A DNA stretch of 51,522 nucleotides from a virus (lineage: Duplodnaviria; Caudoviricetes). The notes below the pieces were generated by a model. That model did not search any database and was not told the origin of the DNA. It was given only the letters and a program-made list of their open reading frames with translations. This document shows, piece by piece, positions 16,392-26,949 of the stretch (positions are counted from its first letter, which is position 1; every line of letters starts with the position of its first letter). Location of the stretch: positions 1-51,522 of the IMG/VR virus record IMGVR_UViG_3300039149_000010. One strand, given 5' to 3'. The position numbers and the translations under genes were made by a program.

Positions 16392-17143
16392 AGCAAATTC
16401 TCCAATAACCACCACAATGCTGTACCGATACTACCGCCCCCTAATAGCAACGCCCAAAACACCTTGCTCTTGAGTAGACCACCCGCGCCTTTGAATAGGC
16501 CGCCGATGTACTTAATAGCCATCCGTTCCAGTCTTTGCCGTGCTTCAATCCATTCGTTTTGTTTGGCAACGTCGATTTCAATGCGTGTGACACGACCCAT
16601 TAGCGCGGCTTGATTATTGGTAATCATTAGCTCAAGGTTTTTGAAATTGTTCCTTTGTTCCTCCACTAACGATTTTGGCCCGTTACCGTTGCCGCCGAAT
16701 ATATCCCGGCGCAATTCATGATGTTCACTTTCGACTTTGATTGTACGCTCGTTTTGCTTATCCAGGCGTGCCAATGTCTGGGCGTTTTCATTATCCAGAC
16801 GTTCCTGGTCGCGGCGTACACTTTGCACCCAATCGTTCTGATTGCGTTGCTGTTCAGCCAGGGTAGCGATTAAGGTTTCCAGATTGGCGAACCGGTCACT
16901 CATGGTCTGAATGAGATTTTGAACGGTCGCTTGCATCTCGTTGACAGCGGATGTGATAATCTCGTTGGCAGCGGCTTTAACCTCTTGCTCGACTAATGCC
17001 TGCACGGTATAAATAGACGAATAGCTACTTAGCGCTTGATGCAATTCATCTTTTGACACCATGTTTGTAACTACCTTTTCAATTTCCTCGGATACAATTT
17101 GGCGTAATTCATCGGTGTCTAATTTTAAATCATTGTCAGTCAT
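16388..17143 (-). CDS. Coiled-coil protein with a C-terminal TM anchor (lysis module)
   Basis: Heptad-rich body and hydrophobic C-terminus; ATGA overlap with the lysin. Confidence 0.65.
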   Translation of the reverse strand: MTDNDLKLDTDELRQIVSEEIEKVVTNMVSKDELHQALSSYSSIYTVQALVEQEVKAAANEIITSAVNEMQATVQNLIQTMSDRFANLETLIATLAEQQRNQNDWVQSVRRDQERLDNENAQTLARLDKQNERTIKVESEHHELRRDIFGGNGNGPKSLVEEQRNNFKNLELMITNNQAALMGRVTRIEIDVAKQNEWIEARQRLERMAIKYIGGLFKGAGGLLKSKVFWALLLGGGSIGTALWWLLENLL

Positions 17144-17236
17144 TACGCCCTCTTTTGTGATATGATATTCATGTCGGTGTAGCTCCTTTACACTGACCGC
17201 TACCCCCGGTGTTCACGCACGCGGGGGTAAGCGTGT

Positions 17237-17722
17237 CTAGCTGCCCTCTAAATTCGGAAATAGTTTATTACGGAATGCGGCGGTAAATCGAATCAGCGCG
17301 TTAAATGCTACCGCCTGTTTTTTCATTAATGCTTGCGCCTCTGCTAAGTTGGTGATCGAGTCAATAGGCGTATCCCCAATATTAGCCTCTGACCAAGCAA
17401 GCATCTCTGCCTCTGTCCAGGTTGCGAAATTGGGGATTGCTGCTGCTTGGGCGGTTGCCCCAGCCTCTACTGCGTCAATGGCATTCTGAGATGCTATCCC
17501 CGCTTCCACCACTGCCAACGCTGCCAACAATTGGGTTTCATTCGGGGCGGCATACGTGTTCGGTATAGCCTGTTCCCAGTTGGCAAGTAACGTTGCCACG
17601 CTGGTTAATTCACCTTTAGGTGGCACAGTATCCAGACGGGCGCTATGCTCAGTTTCCATGTATTGCTGGATAACCATTGACCAGCGCAGAGTTAATCGGT
17701 CTATTTCGTTTTGAGTTGCCAT
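17237..17722 (-). CDS. Hypothetical protein (possible tail-fibre chaperone)
   Basis: TAATG-coupled to the fibre gene. Confidence 0.6.
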   Translation of the reverse strand: MATQNEIDRLTLRWSMVIQQYMETEHSARLDTVPPKGELTSVATLLANWEQAIPNTYAAPNETQLLAALAVVEAGIASQNAIDAVEAGATAQAAAIPNFATWTEAEMLAWSEANIGDTPIDSITNLAEAQALMKKQAVAFNALIRFTAAFRNKLFPNLEGS

Positions 17723-19887
17723 TATGCGAGTTTCCTTAATACAAGGGTCAAGTAGACCTCATTGCTTCCATCACTTACCGCCTCTCCAAGCCCGTCGTCA
17801 GCATTGGCAGTCTCAGTGTAGTGGTCAATACGGTAAGCATCCGTTCCATTAGCTGTGAATTTTGTTCTTAGTGTAACACTGTTAGTGCTAGCATCACCAC
17901 TGGAAGAAAGGCCATTTTGCCCTTCATCAACCGAAGCCGTACCCGTGACATTATACAGGCGGAGGCGTTGTCGCCCAACAATTCGCCCCGGTGCTGATGC
18001 CTCTATTTCGTAATCTCCAGCTACCGGCGTAAATTGGTTGCTGGAAATCGTGACGATACCATCAGGATCGTAAACTTCGGTGTTCAAGTCACGGGGATTC
18101 CACGTTGTGGCGCTTGCCGAGCCGCCTTGTGTTGTTGTGGCTTTTTGGTCTTCTAATATAGCAACAGACGTATACAACCCACCACCGCCCGCCGCTGCCC
18201 ACTCTGGTGCAGTTGCCCCGGCATTGACCGTCAATACCTGACCGGCTGTGCCGATGGCTAACCGAATATTGTTACTACCATCACGGTAAATGGTATCCCC
18301 CGCCGTCGTCACAGGAGATAATGCATCAAAAGCTGCTGTTTGGGTGGTTTGCCCTGTACCGCCATTCGCAATTGCAACTGTATTTCCACCCGTGACAACG
18401 CCCCCAGCGGTATTTTGCAATACACCAGCGCTAGACATCTCTGAAAAAATGTAATCGCCTTTGGTGGCATTGGAAGTGGTCTGCAGGGTTAAATCATCCC
18501 CGCTGCCCGTGCCGCCGATTAGGGTCTGCCCACCAGAACGACCGGCTAAGGCTGCATACTGGGTATGGTCGTCGTCGGTCAACCCGGCTAACGCGCCGTG
18601 ATCGGAAACGGTTGTACCCTCGAAGGTCTGGGTAAAAGCGCTCGTAATTTCTGTGAAGCTGGCAGCACTTTTTAAGATGATGATTTTACCAGCAAGGGTG
18701 GCAATGGCGGTTAATTCGGGCGGCGCAGTAGGTACAAGCGCAGCTTCGGCTTGAGCTAATGTGTAATCGCCATGCCCATATTGGATGTACAAATCGCCGT
18801 CATGGGCAATATACACCCAATGCACACCATACCGATTGGCAGTCAGGGCGGCGGGTGTACCGCTATTGTCGTCGTAATTGGTGTTATCAATTTGTGTCTG
18901 ACTATCGACTTCCGTCCAACCACCAACGCCGTCCCGATAAAAGTAGGAGAATGTGTCCGCTACAGCAGTATCAAACGCTGTCAGGGGGATTCGGGCCAGT
19001 CCAGCGTACAGCACTCCTGCGCTATAGGCGACATTACGTGTGCCGGTTTCGGAAATCGACAAACCAGAAGCACGCTTTACCCGGTCAATTTCCCAAGACC
19101 GTTCAAACACCAACCGCGCAAAATCACTAATCTGTTGACTGGCGGGTACGATATGAATTTCCGTCCCTTCCCTGTATACATTGCCAACGGGAAATTGGGT
19201 GTGAAAATCCATATTGGTAAACGTGGTGGTTGCGGCAATGGCAGGTGTACCGGCATTGTAATCAACATACACCCAATTTAACGCATTGTCGCTTAGGCTA
19301 ACGTTGGTATCCTCTGCAAAATTAAACAGGACATTTGCGCCAACATTGCTATCGGTGGTTTTAATGATGCCCGTGCCAGCGGCTACCGTGACTGAGCCAT
19401 CCCCATTATCCGAAATCGCGCCGCCTGTGCCTAAACCGGCACTTTGGGTAACGTTTGACCAGTCCTGTACATCGTCATAAGTTGGTGTACCGAGAACGCC
19501 CATAGCCACCTGTGAAGCGGTTACGGAGGTGCTACTTAAGACGGCCTTAAACACAATCCAATTCGTGCCATCGTAACGTAAGGATACCAGCGCGTCGTCG
19601 GTCAAGGTAACGTCGGTGTCATCGGGTAACGAAAGATTCCCCGTCCCATGTTTTAGGGTAATCGTGTCGCCCGCATCCGCAATGATATTGACACGCGGGT
19701 AATAGGCAATGCTGTTGACCGAATAGCTAACGGTGGTATCTAGTGTGATGGTATCTAAATCATCCGTTGTCCCGGTTTCCGCAGCGATAATATGGTCTTC
19801 TTGGGTACGTGTAACCGCGCCGCTGGAAAGCGTTAGGGTGGTTGCGTCTTTGAATAATGTTTGACCAATGCGTAGGGTACTGCTCAT
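17722..19887 (-). CDS. Tail fibre / receptor-binding protein
   Basis: T/G/S-rich; DHGALAGLTDDDHTQY, IANGGTG and RLAIGTAGQVL fibre motifs. Confidence 0.8.
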   Translation of the reverse strand: MSSTLRIGQTLFKDATTLTLSSGAVTRTQEDHIIAAETGTTDDLDTITLDTTVSYSVNSIAYYPRVNIIADAGDTITLKHGTGNLSLPDDTDVTLTDDALVSLRYDGTNWIVFKAVLSSTSVTASQVAMGVLGTPTYDDVQDWSNVTQSAGLGTGGAISDNGDGSVTVAAGTGIIKTTDSNVGANVLFNFAEDTNVSLSDNALNWVYVDYNAGTPAIAATTTFTNMDFHTQFPVGNVYREGTEIHIVPASQQISDFARLVFERSWEIDRVKRASGLSISETGTRNVAYSAGVLYAGLARIPLTAFDTAVADTFSYFYRDGVGGWTEVDSQTQIDNTNYDDNSGTPAALTANRYGVHWVYIAHDGDLYIQYGHGDYTLAQAEAALVPTAPPELTAIATLAGKIIILKSAASFTEITSAFTQTFEGTTVSDHGALAGLTDDDHTQYAALAGRSGGQTLIGGTGSGDDLTLQTTSNATKGDYIFSEMSSAGVLQNTAGGVVTGGNTVAIANGGTGQTTQTAAFDALSPVTTAGDTIYRDGSNNIRLAIGTAGQVLTVNAGATAPEWAAAGGGGLYTSVAILEDQKATTTQGGSASATTWNPRDLNTEVYDPDGIVTISSNQFTPVAGDYEIEASAPGRIVGRQRLRLYNVTGTASVDEGQNGLSSSGDASTNSVTLRTKFTANGTDAYRIDHYTETANADDGLGEAVSDGSNEVYLTLVLRKLA

Positions 19888-20783
19888 AAGATTAACATAT
19901 CCCCTTCAACCGTCAATTCCCCCTCAACGGTTAAATCATAAACAATTTCGTGGTGGGTTGAACGGATTAGTATTGCCTTACCGGATGGTATCGGATTCTG
20001 AAACCCATAAATACGCGGCATGTTGATAAAATTGCGCAAGTCCTCCACCACGTTATTAATGGTGATATTGGCGTTGTTGTCGCTCAATTCAATGGATAGC
20101 AACGGGATGTATTCGTTGTGCAAGAGTTGGGCAAAACATTCGTCGTAATCGGTGCTGTCTAAGGCACTCGAAATGGCCTGTGCGGTACTGGCAGCGACAA
20201 AATACGTTTGTTGGAACGTGTCAAAAAAGATACACACCAGACGATGGGTGTCGGCGGCGGGTATGTAGCTGGTTAAATCGACTTTATCGGCGGCGCGAGG
20301 TGTACCGGCATAGGTGAACCAGTCCAGGATTTCATCAACTTTGAAGGGCAGTTCTCGGATGGTCACAAGGGCGCTGTCAACCGTTGCCGAACTTCCAACC
20401 GGGCGCGTTAATCCTCGGACAACATTACGCAAATACAGGAATTGATTGTGTTGTGCCGACGGGTTAAAAGCGCGACTGTCAATATCTGCGTCGTCATAAT
20501 ACGTCGGGTTTACCCGTTCTATTGATAATTCGCCGTCGTAATCGTAAAAGAGTAGGACATCCACCCCGGCTATTTCGGGTATATCACCCCCAGCATAGCG
20601 CATCGGCAGTGGGTTGCCATACGTGACATTACCCTCACTGTCTGTACCCTGTTTAATGCGTACCCAGTACCGGCTTTTTTTGGAGGTGTACACGTTGCCG
20701 CTGCCGTCGCCTAAAACGGCCTCAATGCGTTGTCGGTTGCGAAGTATACGTTGTCGTGCTTGCTGATAAATTAAAGGCGGCAT
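19884..20783 (-). CDS. Tail-associated structural protein
   Basis: Position between large tail proteins; coupled to both. Confidence 0.55.
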   Translation of the reverse strand: MPPLIYQQARQRILRNRQRIEAVLGDGSGNVYTSKKSRYWVRIKQGTDSEGNVTYGNPLPMRYAGGDIPEIAGVDVLLFYDYDGELSIERVNPTYYDDADIDSRAFNPSAQHNQFLYLRNVVRGLTRPVGSSATVDSALVTIRELPFKVDEILDWFTYAGTPRAADKVDLTSYIPAADTHRLVCIFFDTFQQTYFVAASTAQAISSALDSTDYDECFAQLLHNEYIPLLSIELSDNNANITINNVVEDLRNFINMPRIYGFQNPIPSGKAILIRSTHHEIVYDLTVEGELTVEGDMLIL

Positions 20784-23677
20784 CAGGCCTGTTTCATCCC
20801 TTCCCCGCAAATGAGAACAGTTAATTGATTGTTGTCATTGTCTGAATAGTCGCTATCCAGAAAACGGAAGCCAAGCGGTGAACCTGTACCGGTGGCAGAG
20901 AACGAATAAGCATGACTGCTCTGGAATGTGGGCAATCCGCCGGGGCGGGCTGCGTCAACCTGGAAACCGTTGCTACCAGGGTATAGGGCAATGCTATCGC
21001 TGTCATCGTCATAGCCAGTATAAAAAGCATCACCGCGCGAGCCACCGCCGGTAAAGTTGGTGGCGTTGCTCTGGATTTCCACCGGTACACTTCCCGAACC
21101 GGTCAGTACCAATTTACTGACGGTAGCAGAGCCACCAAACCCTCCGGTACTCGTGCGGACATCAATTGCCGCGCCAAATGAACCGGTATATAACTGGTTA
21201 TAAGTTTTGGCAAACGTTCCCGCCCCGGCTTGGGCGGCTGTCGCTAACGGGTTGCCATAATTGCCCCCAAACACAATCGCCCAGTTTCCCGCTGGAATGC
21301 CGCCGCCGGAGGTGTAGCTGCTTAACGTCATAGACGCAGTAGCAACGGTTACGCTTCCAGTAAAGGCGAAAGACAGCAGGCAGCGTGTGTTATCAGTTGG
21401 CCCGGTTGGTTCAGTCCAGTTTGTAGTACGCCAACCATTTCCTGCCACATACAAAGCCCGTCCGCTTACGTAGGTAAAGCCACAATCGGATTGTGTAAAA
21501 TCAAACGTAGCCGACCAAGATGTTGTACCGACTAAGCCATCCCCTGCCACTTTGATAACATAATTCGCCCCAAACACGGTGCTTTCTGAGGTGGTCACAA
21601 CCGACCCGGTTTTCATGCTCACATTCAACGCCTCACAACCGGGCGGCGGTTGTGTTGCCGTAATGCCCGGTTGATTAATGCCTGCGTCAATGCCGGGTAA
21701 GGTAAAATTAGGGTCATCAATGGGATAATTAATCAAGGGGTCTATCGCACCAAACCCCGCGCCAATGCCCGGTAAAATAGGCACGTTCAAATCGTTCACA
21801 TCTGGAACGAGTGTGACAATAATGCCCGATGTACCCCCGGCGACAATTAATTCAAAAGTGGCAGTTACGGTGTCATAGCCGCGCTCTGTATTGTGACTGT
21901 AATTAACTTCAGTACACAACCATTTATCGCTGCTTGAATAGGCGCGACCTGTCACGTTATCGGCGGCGGCTATCGTAAAGGCATATAACTGATGCGCAGT
22001 TGGCACAAGCCAATACCATCCCGGCATAAGTTCCAGCGTTAAGACCGGGCGTGGGTTGACCGTTTCCAGATAGTTGGCAATGCGTGTCCCGGTTTCCGTG
22101 CGAGCTTGCGCGTCGGTTAAATTGGCCTTCATAATCTGACTGTTCAGTGTACCGGTTTCCCAACCGGGGCTAAAACTTTGTGCCGGGGCGCGGCCTCGGT
22201 AAACGTTGGTTGTTGCTGTGGAAGTATTGTAAGTCGCCGCGCCGATGATCGCTTGCGAATGGGAGGGTATCGGTTCAATCGCCAGACTGAAATTCAGGAT
22301 GTCACTATTACCGCTGTCGTCAACCACCAACGTCCCAATAGTAGTTAACCCGGATACACCGACAATACGCGCAGACCGTTGGAACGTGCTTTGTCCATCT
22401 GCTGCAATAACCAGTTGGGCGTTTTGGTCGTCCGAAACTGAGTTCACCCATTCTAAAATACTGGATTCACGTACTACAAAATCAGGCCAACGATAGTCGT
22501 CGCTGTCTGCATCAAAGGTTACGCCGGACACGTTCAGGAATGTACTATGCCATGCCAGCATATACACCAGCGTTCGCTTAATTGTTAGACTCTCAATTTC
22601 GCCCCACTCGTCAGGACTGGAAGCGGTTTCAATGTACAACCCCGCCCCGTGTAAGCGCCCTAATTGGGCAATAAAGCCCTCTACCGTTAGCGATACATCC
22701 TGCAAAACGCCATAGCGTTCATTTCCGGCAGTCGTGTCCGTTCCTTGCCGTAAGCGCCCTACAAACGCTATGTTTTGCGTTAGGGGCGTGGCTGTACCGT
22801 CGTAATCATCAACGCTCAGAAGTGTGCAGCGAGTACGGTCTAAGACAGTACTAAAACCATCCCAGGCGCGGACGGTCAAGATAAAACCATCGACCAATGT
22901 ACCCGTAACTTGATAATCACCACTATCCAGCGCAATAACGTTGGTGGAGGTGTCGGTCAAGTCTACCGTGTACACCTCAAATGCAAAATAGGCAGACACC
23001 CCATTGCTATCGGTGACGGTTAGAACAACCCACCGATGTTCGTTAGTCGCCGCGCCGGGAAAGTCCACGTCAATAGACGCTGTGCCCGCGCCGCTGTTAA
23101 TCGTGCCATCGTCAACAAACCAGGAATAGGTACTGATGGTTGCGCCGTTGGCGGTCGGGTCTGCCGTTGCGGTGAACACAAAATTGACCGTTGCTGTACC
23201 GGCAGTGTCTACGTAGGTAGACTGCAAACCGGTTATCAAGGGCGGCAAAGTCTGGAATGTTAAATCCCAGTCTTTATATTTTGTACCGGCGGTTGTCCGG
23301 CGCTCCAAACGCTCGTGAATATCCCAGTCGTTTAAGACCGTGACATAATCACCAGTAGACAGCGTGGTGCTATTTTCATTGATGTAAAAAGTTGTGCCAT
23401 CCGGTGTAGTACGCACGCGCCCACGAAAAATAGCATTGGTGCGATAATCCGAATCACTGCTAATGATAACCGTCATACCTTCCAAAACGTCGGCGCTATC
23501 GCCTGCTACCGTTCCCGACCAAAGGAACTCAGCAAATGGAGTGTTGCTGATGTCCTCATCGGCTTGCGTCTGCCAGATGACATCATTCGGGCAGAGCAAG
23601 AGATATTTCTGACTGGCTTGGTTGGTGGTGCGTAATTGGGTTAATTGTCCGGCGCTTAGTTGTGCGGGAAAGCCCAT
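20783..23677 (-). CDS. Large tail-tip/hub protein with a PKD/Ig-like domain
   Basis: 964 aa; ISTYSWFVDDG...VVLTVTDSNG PKD-like motif; downstream of the tape measure gene. Confidence 0.7.
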   Translation of the reverse strand: MGFPAQLSAGQLTQLRTTNQASQKYLLLCPNDVIWQTQADEDISNTPFAEFLWSGTVAGDSADVLEGMTVIISSDSDYRTNAIFRGRVRTTPDGTTFYINENSTTLSTGDYVTVLNDWDIHERLERRTTAGTKYKDWDLTFQTLPPLITGLQSTYVDTAGTATVNFVFTATADPTANGATISTYSWFVDDGTINSGAGTASIDVDFPGAATNEHRWVVLTVTDSNGVSAYFAFEVYTVDLTDTSTNVIALDSGDYQVTGTLVDGFILTVRAWDGFSTVLDRTRCTLLSVDDYDGTATPLTQNIAFVGRLRQGTDTTAGNERYGVLQDVSLTVEGFIAQLGRLHGAGLYIETASSPDEWGEIESLTIKRTLVYMLAWHSTFLNVSGVTFDADSDDYRWPDFVVRESSILEWVNSVSDDQNAQLVIAADGQSTFQRSARIVGVSGLTTIGTLVVDDSGNSDILNFSLAIEPIPSHSQAIIGAATYNTSTATTNVYRGRAPAQSFSPGWETGTLNSQIMKANLTDAQARTETGTRIANYLETVNPRPVLTLELMPGWYWLVPTAHQLYAFTIAAADNVTGRAYSSSDKWLCTEVNYSHNTERGYDTVTATFELIVAGGTSGIIVTLVPDVNDLNVPILPGIGAGFGAIDPLINYPIDDPNFTLPGIDAGINQPGITATQPPPGCEALNVSMKTGSVVTTSESTVFGANYVIKVAGDGLVGTTSWSATFDFTQSDCGFTYVSGRALYVAGNGWRTTNWTEPTGPTDNTRCLLSFAFTGSVTVATASMTLSSYTSGGGIPAGNWAIVFGGNYGNPLATAAQAGAGTFAKTYNQLYTGSFGAAIDVRTSTGGFGGSATVSKLVLTGSGSVPVEIQSNATNFTGGGSRGDAFYTGYDDDSDSIALYPGSNGFQVDAARPGGLPTFQSSHAYSFSATGTGSPLGFRFLDSDYSDNDNNQLTVLICGEGMKQA

Positions 23678-23689
23678 TCAGTCTCCAAT

Positions 23690-23713
23690 AAAAAACCGCC
23701 TCAGTGGGCGGTT
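23690..23713 (-). terminator. Intrinsic terminator closing the moron
   Basis: Minus strand AACCGCC-CACTGA-GGCGGTT followed by a T tract. Confidence 0.7.
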
Positions 23714-23743
23714 CGTCGGTTAGGTGGTTGTGGATAATTCGTG

Positions 23744-23992
23744 TTATTTCCTAATCTTTCCGATAACAATATCGCTATCCTGCAAAACTTCCACCGCGCA
23801 GGACAACCATATCCCATGCCGTAAGAAAGTAAAACGGTTGGCAATCCGTTCAGGGATAAATCGTCGGGGTAATTCTACCCAACGTAAGACGATAGTTAGT
23901 TCTTGGCCGCTGGCTAAGTCAGGCATTTCGATATTACCACCGCCGACAATGTGTAGGTAATCACTCATCACGCACCGCCCATTGCATCTCAA
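23744..23992 (-). CDS. Hypothetical moron protein (likely start at the MSDYL ATG)
   Basis: Second ORF in the inserted unit. Confidence 0.45.
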   Translation of the reverse strand: MRCNGRCVMSDYLHIVGGGNIEMPDLASGQELTIVLRWVELPRRFIPERIANRFTFLRHGIWLSCAVEVLQDSDIVIGKIRK

Positions 23993-24248
23993 TGTCTGCC
24001 AAAGGAACTCGGTATGTAACGTCTAAGGTTATCCCGACATCAGGGACAATGTGGTTGGCGTAGACCGGGATATTTACAGTTCTCCAATGTAACTTATCCA
24101 TTGGAATAACATGCACGATATTATCATCGGGGTACACTTTGGTAATCAGACCGCGTAATTCAAAACCCAAATATGTTTTCAGGATAGTGCAGTTCGTCGG
24201 GAAAGTAGAAGCGGTGTCGTTTTCTTGTGGTATACTACTATCAGTCAT
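23961..24248 (-). CDS. Hypothetical moron protein
   Basis: Own extended -10 (TGCTATAAT at 24329-24337) and a hairpin-embedded AGAAAGGA RBS. Confidence 0.6.
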   Translation of the reverse strand: MTDSSIPQENDTASTFPTNCTILKTYLGFELRGLITKVYPDDNIVHVIPMDKLHWRTVNIPVYANHIVPDVGITLDVTYRVPLADIEMQWAVRDE

Positions 24249-24454
24249 CAGAAATCATCCTTTCTTGATGATTAGAACGGGCGTACACGTAAGGGACGTG
24301 ACGCTCGTTTGCATTTGTGGATACCTCCATTATAGCACAAATCGGTAAATTGCATAGCAGATTATCACCGATAGAATCAGCCCGATAAGCAACAAGGTTA
24401 TCCGGCGTTCGTATGCCCAGATGAACAACACGTACAACCAACCGCGCCAATGCA

Positions 24455-24895
24455 TTACAGCGCGTCCAGGTCTAGCAGGTGCAGGCGAATACCGCGCAAC
24501 CCCGGCCCGACTAACCCGCCGTCGTAAACACTGCCCTGCAAATACACGTATTGCCCGGTGGGCCTTTCGTCTATCCAGGCCGCAGCGTTGTAATTACTGA
24601 ATGTGCCGTCGCCGTCCGGGTCAGTTTTGACAGTGACTAATCCGGTAAACGTATTGCGCAGGTAGGTGTGTTGCGTTACCAGTAGAACGGCAAACTCCCA
24701 GTCTTGTGTAGGCTTGCCCCGATAGGCGGCGGTGCTGTTGGCACGTACAATACGCTCGCCCACTTCGTAAAAGGGGAGGGCGCGTGGCATCACCAATTTA
24801 ACGCCGTTGGCATCGGTCAAACTGGTAACGGCAGTTAATCCGGCGGCATTATTGTTTCCGGCGGCAATCTGGTAATTTGGCGTATAGGCAACCAT
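24455..24895 (-). CDS. Distal-tail-like protein
   Basis: Immediately after the tape measure gene; size and beta-rich composition fit. Confidence 0.55.
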   Translation of the reverse strand: MVAYTPNYQIAAGNNNAAGLTAVTSLTDANGVKLVMPRALPFYEVGERIVRANSTAAYRGKPTQDWEFAVLLVTQHTYLRNTFTGLVTVKTDPDGDGTFSNYNAAAWIDERPTGQYVYLQGSVYDGGLVGPGLRGIRLHLLDLDAL

Positions 24896-26640
24896 TACGG
24901 AATAACCCCCATTGTATTCAAATCGCGGACGGTCACAAAGTTATTCTGCCCCGGCGGTCTTATGCCATCGGGTGTGCTTGTGCCACCATTCGCACCGGGC
25001 GTTAAGGCAACCATCTGCTGCCAGAATTGCGCTGTTTGTCTCAGAATGGCGTTTTGCCCCTCTTGCGCCAATTGCAATTCCCGGTTTAATGCCGTAGCAG
25101 CGGCTTGCAATTGCCGTTGCTTTGCGGTCTGTATATCGCGCAATTCTCGCTGTTGTGCCAATTGCAATTCCCGGCGCTGGCGTTGTCCATCGCGCAACCG
25201 TTCCTGACGCAAGCGTTGACTTTGTTTGGTCAAGTCGGACAATTCATTCTTGTTCGCTTGCAACCGGTCTTGCTCAGCGTCTTTTTGCGCTTGTTTTTGG
25301 TCGTCTAACTCCCGTTCAGTCTGCTTGGTTAGCTGGTCAAGGGATAGAAAATCGCGCTCGGCAAGCAAGTCCTCTTGGCTGCGGTTGGCATCTTTGATGA
25401 TGTCTCGCACAGTACGGTTGTGATCTTTCCGGGCTTGTTGTTCATCCCGAAATTGATCTGCGCGTAAGTCGTCCAGGGCTTGTTGCTGGGCTATCTGGTC
25501 GTCTAACAATTCTTGACGGACGTTAGTCGCCAAGTCAATTAGACTATCATTCAGTTTGGTGCGGGCATCTTGTGCAGCCTGGATGGCGGCTGTACCTGCG
25601 TCGGCTATCGCATTAGCATAGTTGGTCTGCGCTTGGGCAGCGCGTTGGGCGGCTTGTTGTTGTGCGCGTGCGGCTTCTTCGGCTTGGCGGGTACGTTCTC
25701 GCTCGACCTCTTCGGCCTTACGTGCAGCCTCCTCTTCGGCCTGAGTTGCGTCTGAGCTTGCCCCGGCTGTAACCTGTCTGGCTTCAGCCAACGCTTTCTC
25801 TACTTCAGCGGCTTCGCTGGCAGGGATTTCACCATCGGCTAGCGCTTTTTCTAGCACCGCGATTTCTGCATCAAAGTCTGCAATACGGTCTTTACTCTTG
25901 CCCAACTGCTCGTTCAATTCGGGAATCTGTTTATTAACGACACCCGCAACGCCCGTTAATGCACCGTATTGGTCGGTTAATTCTTTTTCTGTTCCCTTAA
26001 GTTGGGTTAATAATTCCTGTTCCCGTTCCCGCTGGGCGTTCAATTCCTCAATGCGTTTTCGGGCTTCATCCTGAGAAATCGAACCGCTAGCGATTTGGTC
26101 ATTCACTTCGCGGGTTTTATCAATCAACGCCCCAATTTGCCGCGCTTGCGCCTCAGATGCTTTTCCCAATTCATTGACCACCACCACTAACGCGGCCATC
26201 GCCAATGCTACAGCGCCTAATGCAGCAATAGCCGCACCAGTACCGCCCACCATTCCGGCCAACGCCCCCGTCAAACCGCCCGATCCGCTTAATCCCTGTA
26301 GGACATCCCCTAGACCGGCAACCAACTTTGGTGCGGCTTCACGTACAGCGAACAGTTCTGCGCCAACGTTAATTAAACCTTCGGCTGCTCCGCCAGCCTC
26401 GCCTCCCATATACCCCAAAGCGCCGGACAACGTGCGAACTTGGGATTCAACATCCCCATAAATAGCAACGTCTTTGGAAACGGTATCAAAGCGCCCGCCG
26501 CCCGCCTGGGTTTTATTGAGTTTAGTCGCATTCTTAATCATTAACTCTTGGGCTTCGCTAACTTCACGCGCCCCTTTGAGCGTTTTGCTAAGTGCGGCGT
26601 TATCGGTTTGATACCGTATCAGTATCTTACTTTCAGGCAT
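24895..26640 (-). CDS. Tape measure protein
   Basis: Ala/Gln-rich coiled coil with a Gly/Ala hydrophobic segment; follows the chaperone genes. Confidence 0.8.
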   Translation of the reverse strand: MPESKILIRYQTDNAALSKTLKGAREVSEAQELMIKNATKLNKTQAGGGRFDTVSKDVAIYGDVESQVRTLSGALGYMGGEAGGAAEGLINVGAELFAVREAAPKLVAGLGDVLQGLSGSGGLTGALAGMVGGTGAAIAALGAVALAMAALVVVVNELGKASEAQARQIGALIDKTREVNDQIASGSISQDEARKRIEELNAQREREQELLTQLKGTEKELTDQYGALTGVAGVVNKQIPELNEQLGKSKDRIADFDAEIAVLEKALADGEIPASEAAEVEKALAEARQVTAGASSDATQAEEEAARKAEEVERERTRQAEEAARAQQQAAQRAAQAQTNYANAIADAGTAAIQAAQDARTKLNDSLIDLATNVRQELLDDQIAQQQALDDLRADQFRDEQQARKDHNRTVRDIIKDANRSQEDLLAERDFLSLDQLTKQTERELDDQKQAQKDAEQDRLQANKNELSDLTKQSQRLRQERLRDGQRQRRELQLAQQRELRDIQTAKQRQLQAAATALNRELQLAQEGQNAILRQTAQFWQQMVALTPGANGGTSTPDGIRPPGQNNFVTVRDLNTMGVIP

Positions 26641-26949
26641 TTACAATTCCATTTTCTTTACGGTACTTTCCTGCTCTTCATAGGCATCCGGCGGCGCATA
26701 AACAAGCGGGTTATCCGGGTCTTGCACGCCATCACGTAAATTGATGTACCGTACCATATCCCAAATGAGCGCTTCAGGTTGGTCAAACAATCCCCCAGTG
26801 TAGGGGAGGACGTGCCAGTTTTCCACGCCAAACACGGCTAACTGAATATCGGGCAACGCGTGGTGGAAACCAAAATCATCGTCCGGCGACGGCGCTCTAT
26901 CGGCTAGCGCAGCCAATACGCTTTGCTGCCATTCGCGCCGTCGCTTTAG
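26641..26949 (-). CDS. Tail assembly chaperone, downstream (probably frameshift) segment
   Basis: WHVLPYTGGLFDQP motif; the -1 frame is open back past the upstream stop. Confidence 0.6.
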   Translation of the reverse strand, partial: LKRRREWQQSVLAALADRAPSPDDDFGFHHALPDIQLAVFGVENWHVLPYTGGLFDQPEALIWDMVRYINLRDGVQDPDNPLVYAPPDAYEEQESTVKKMEL

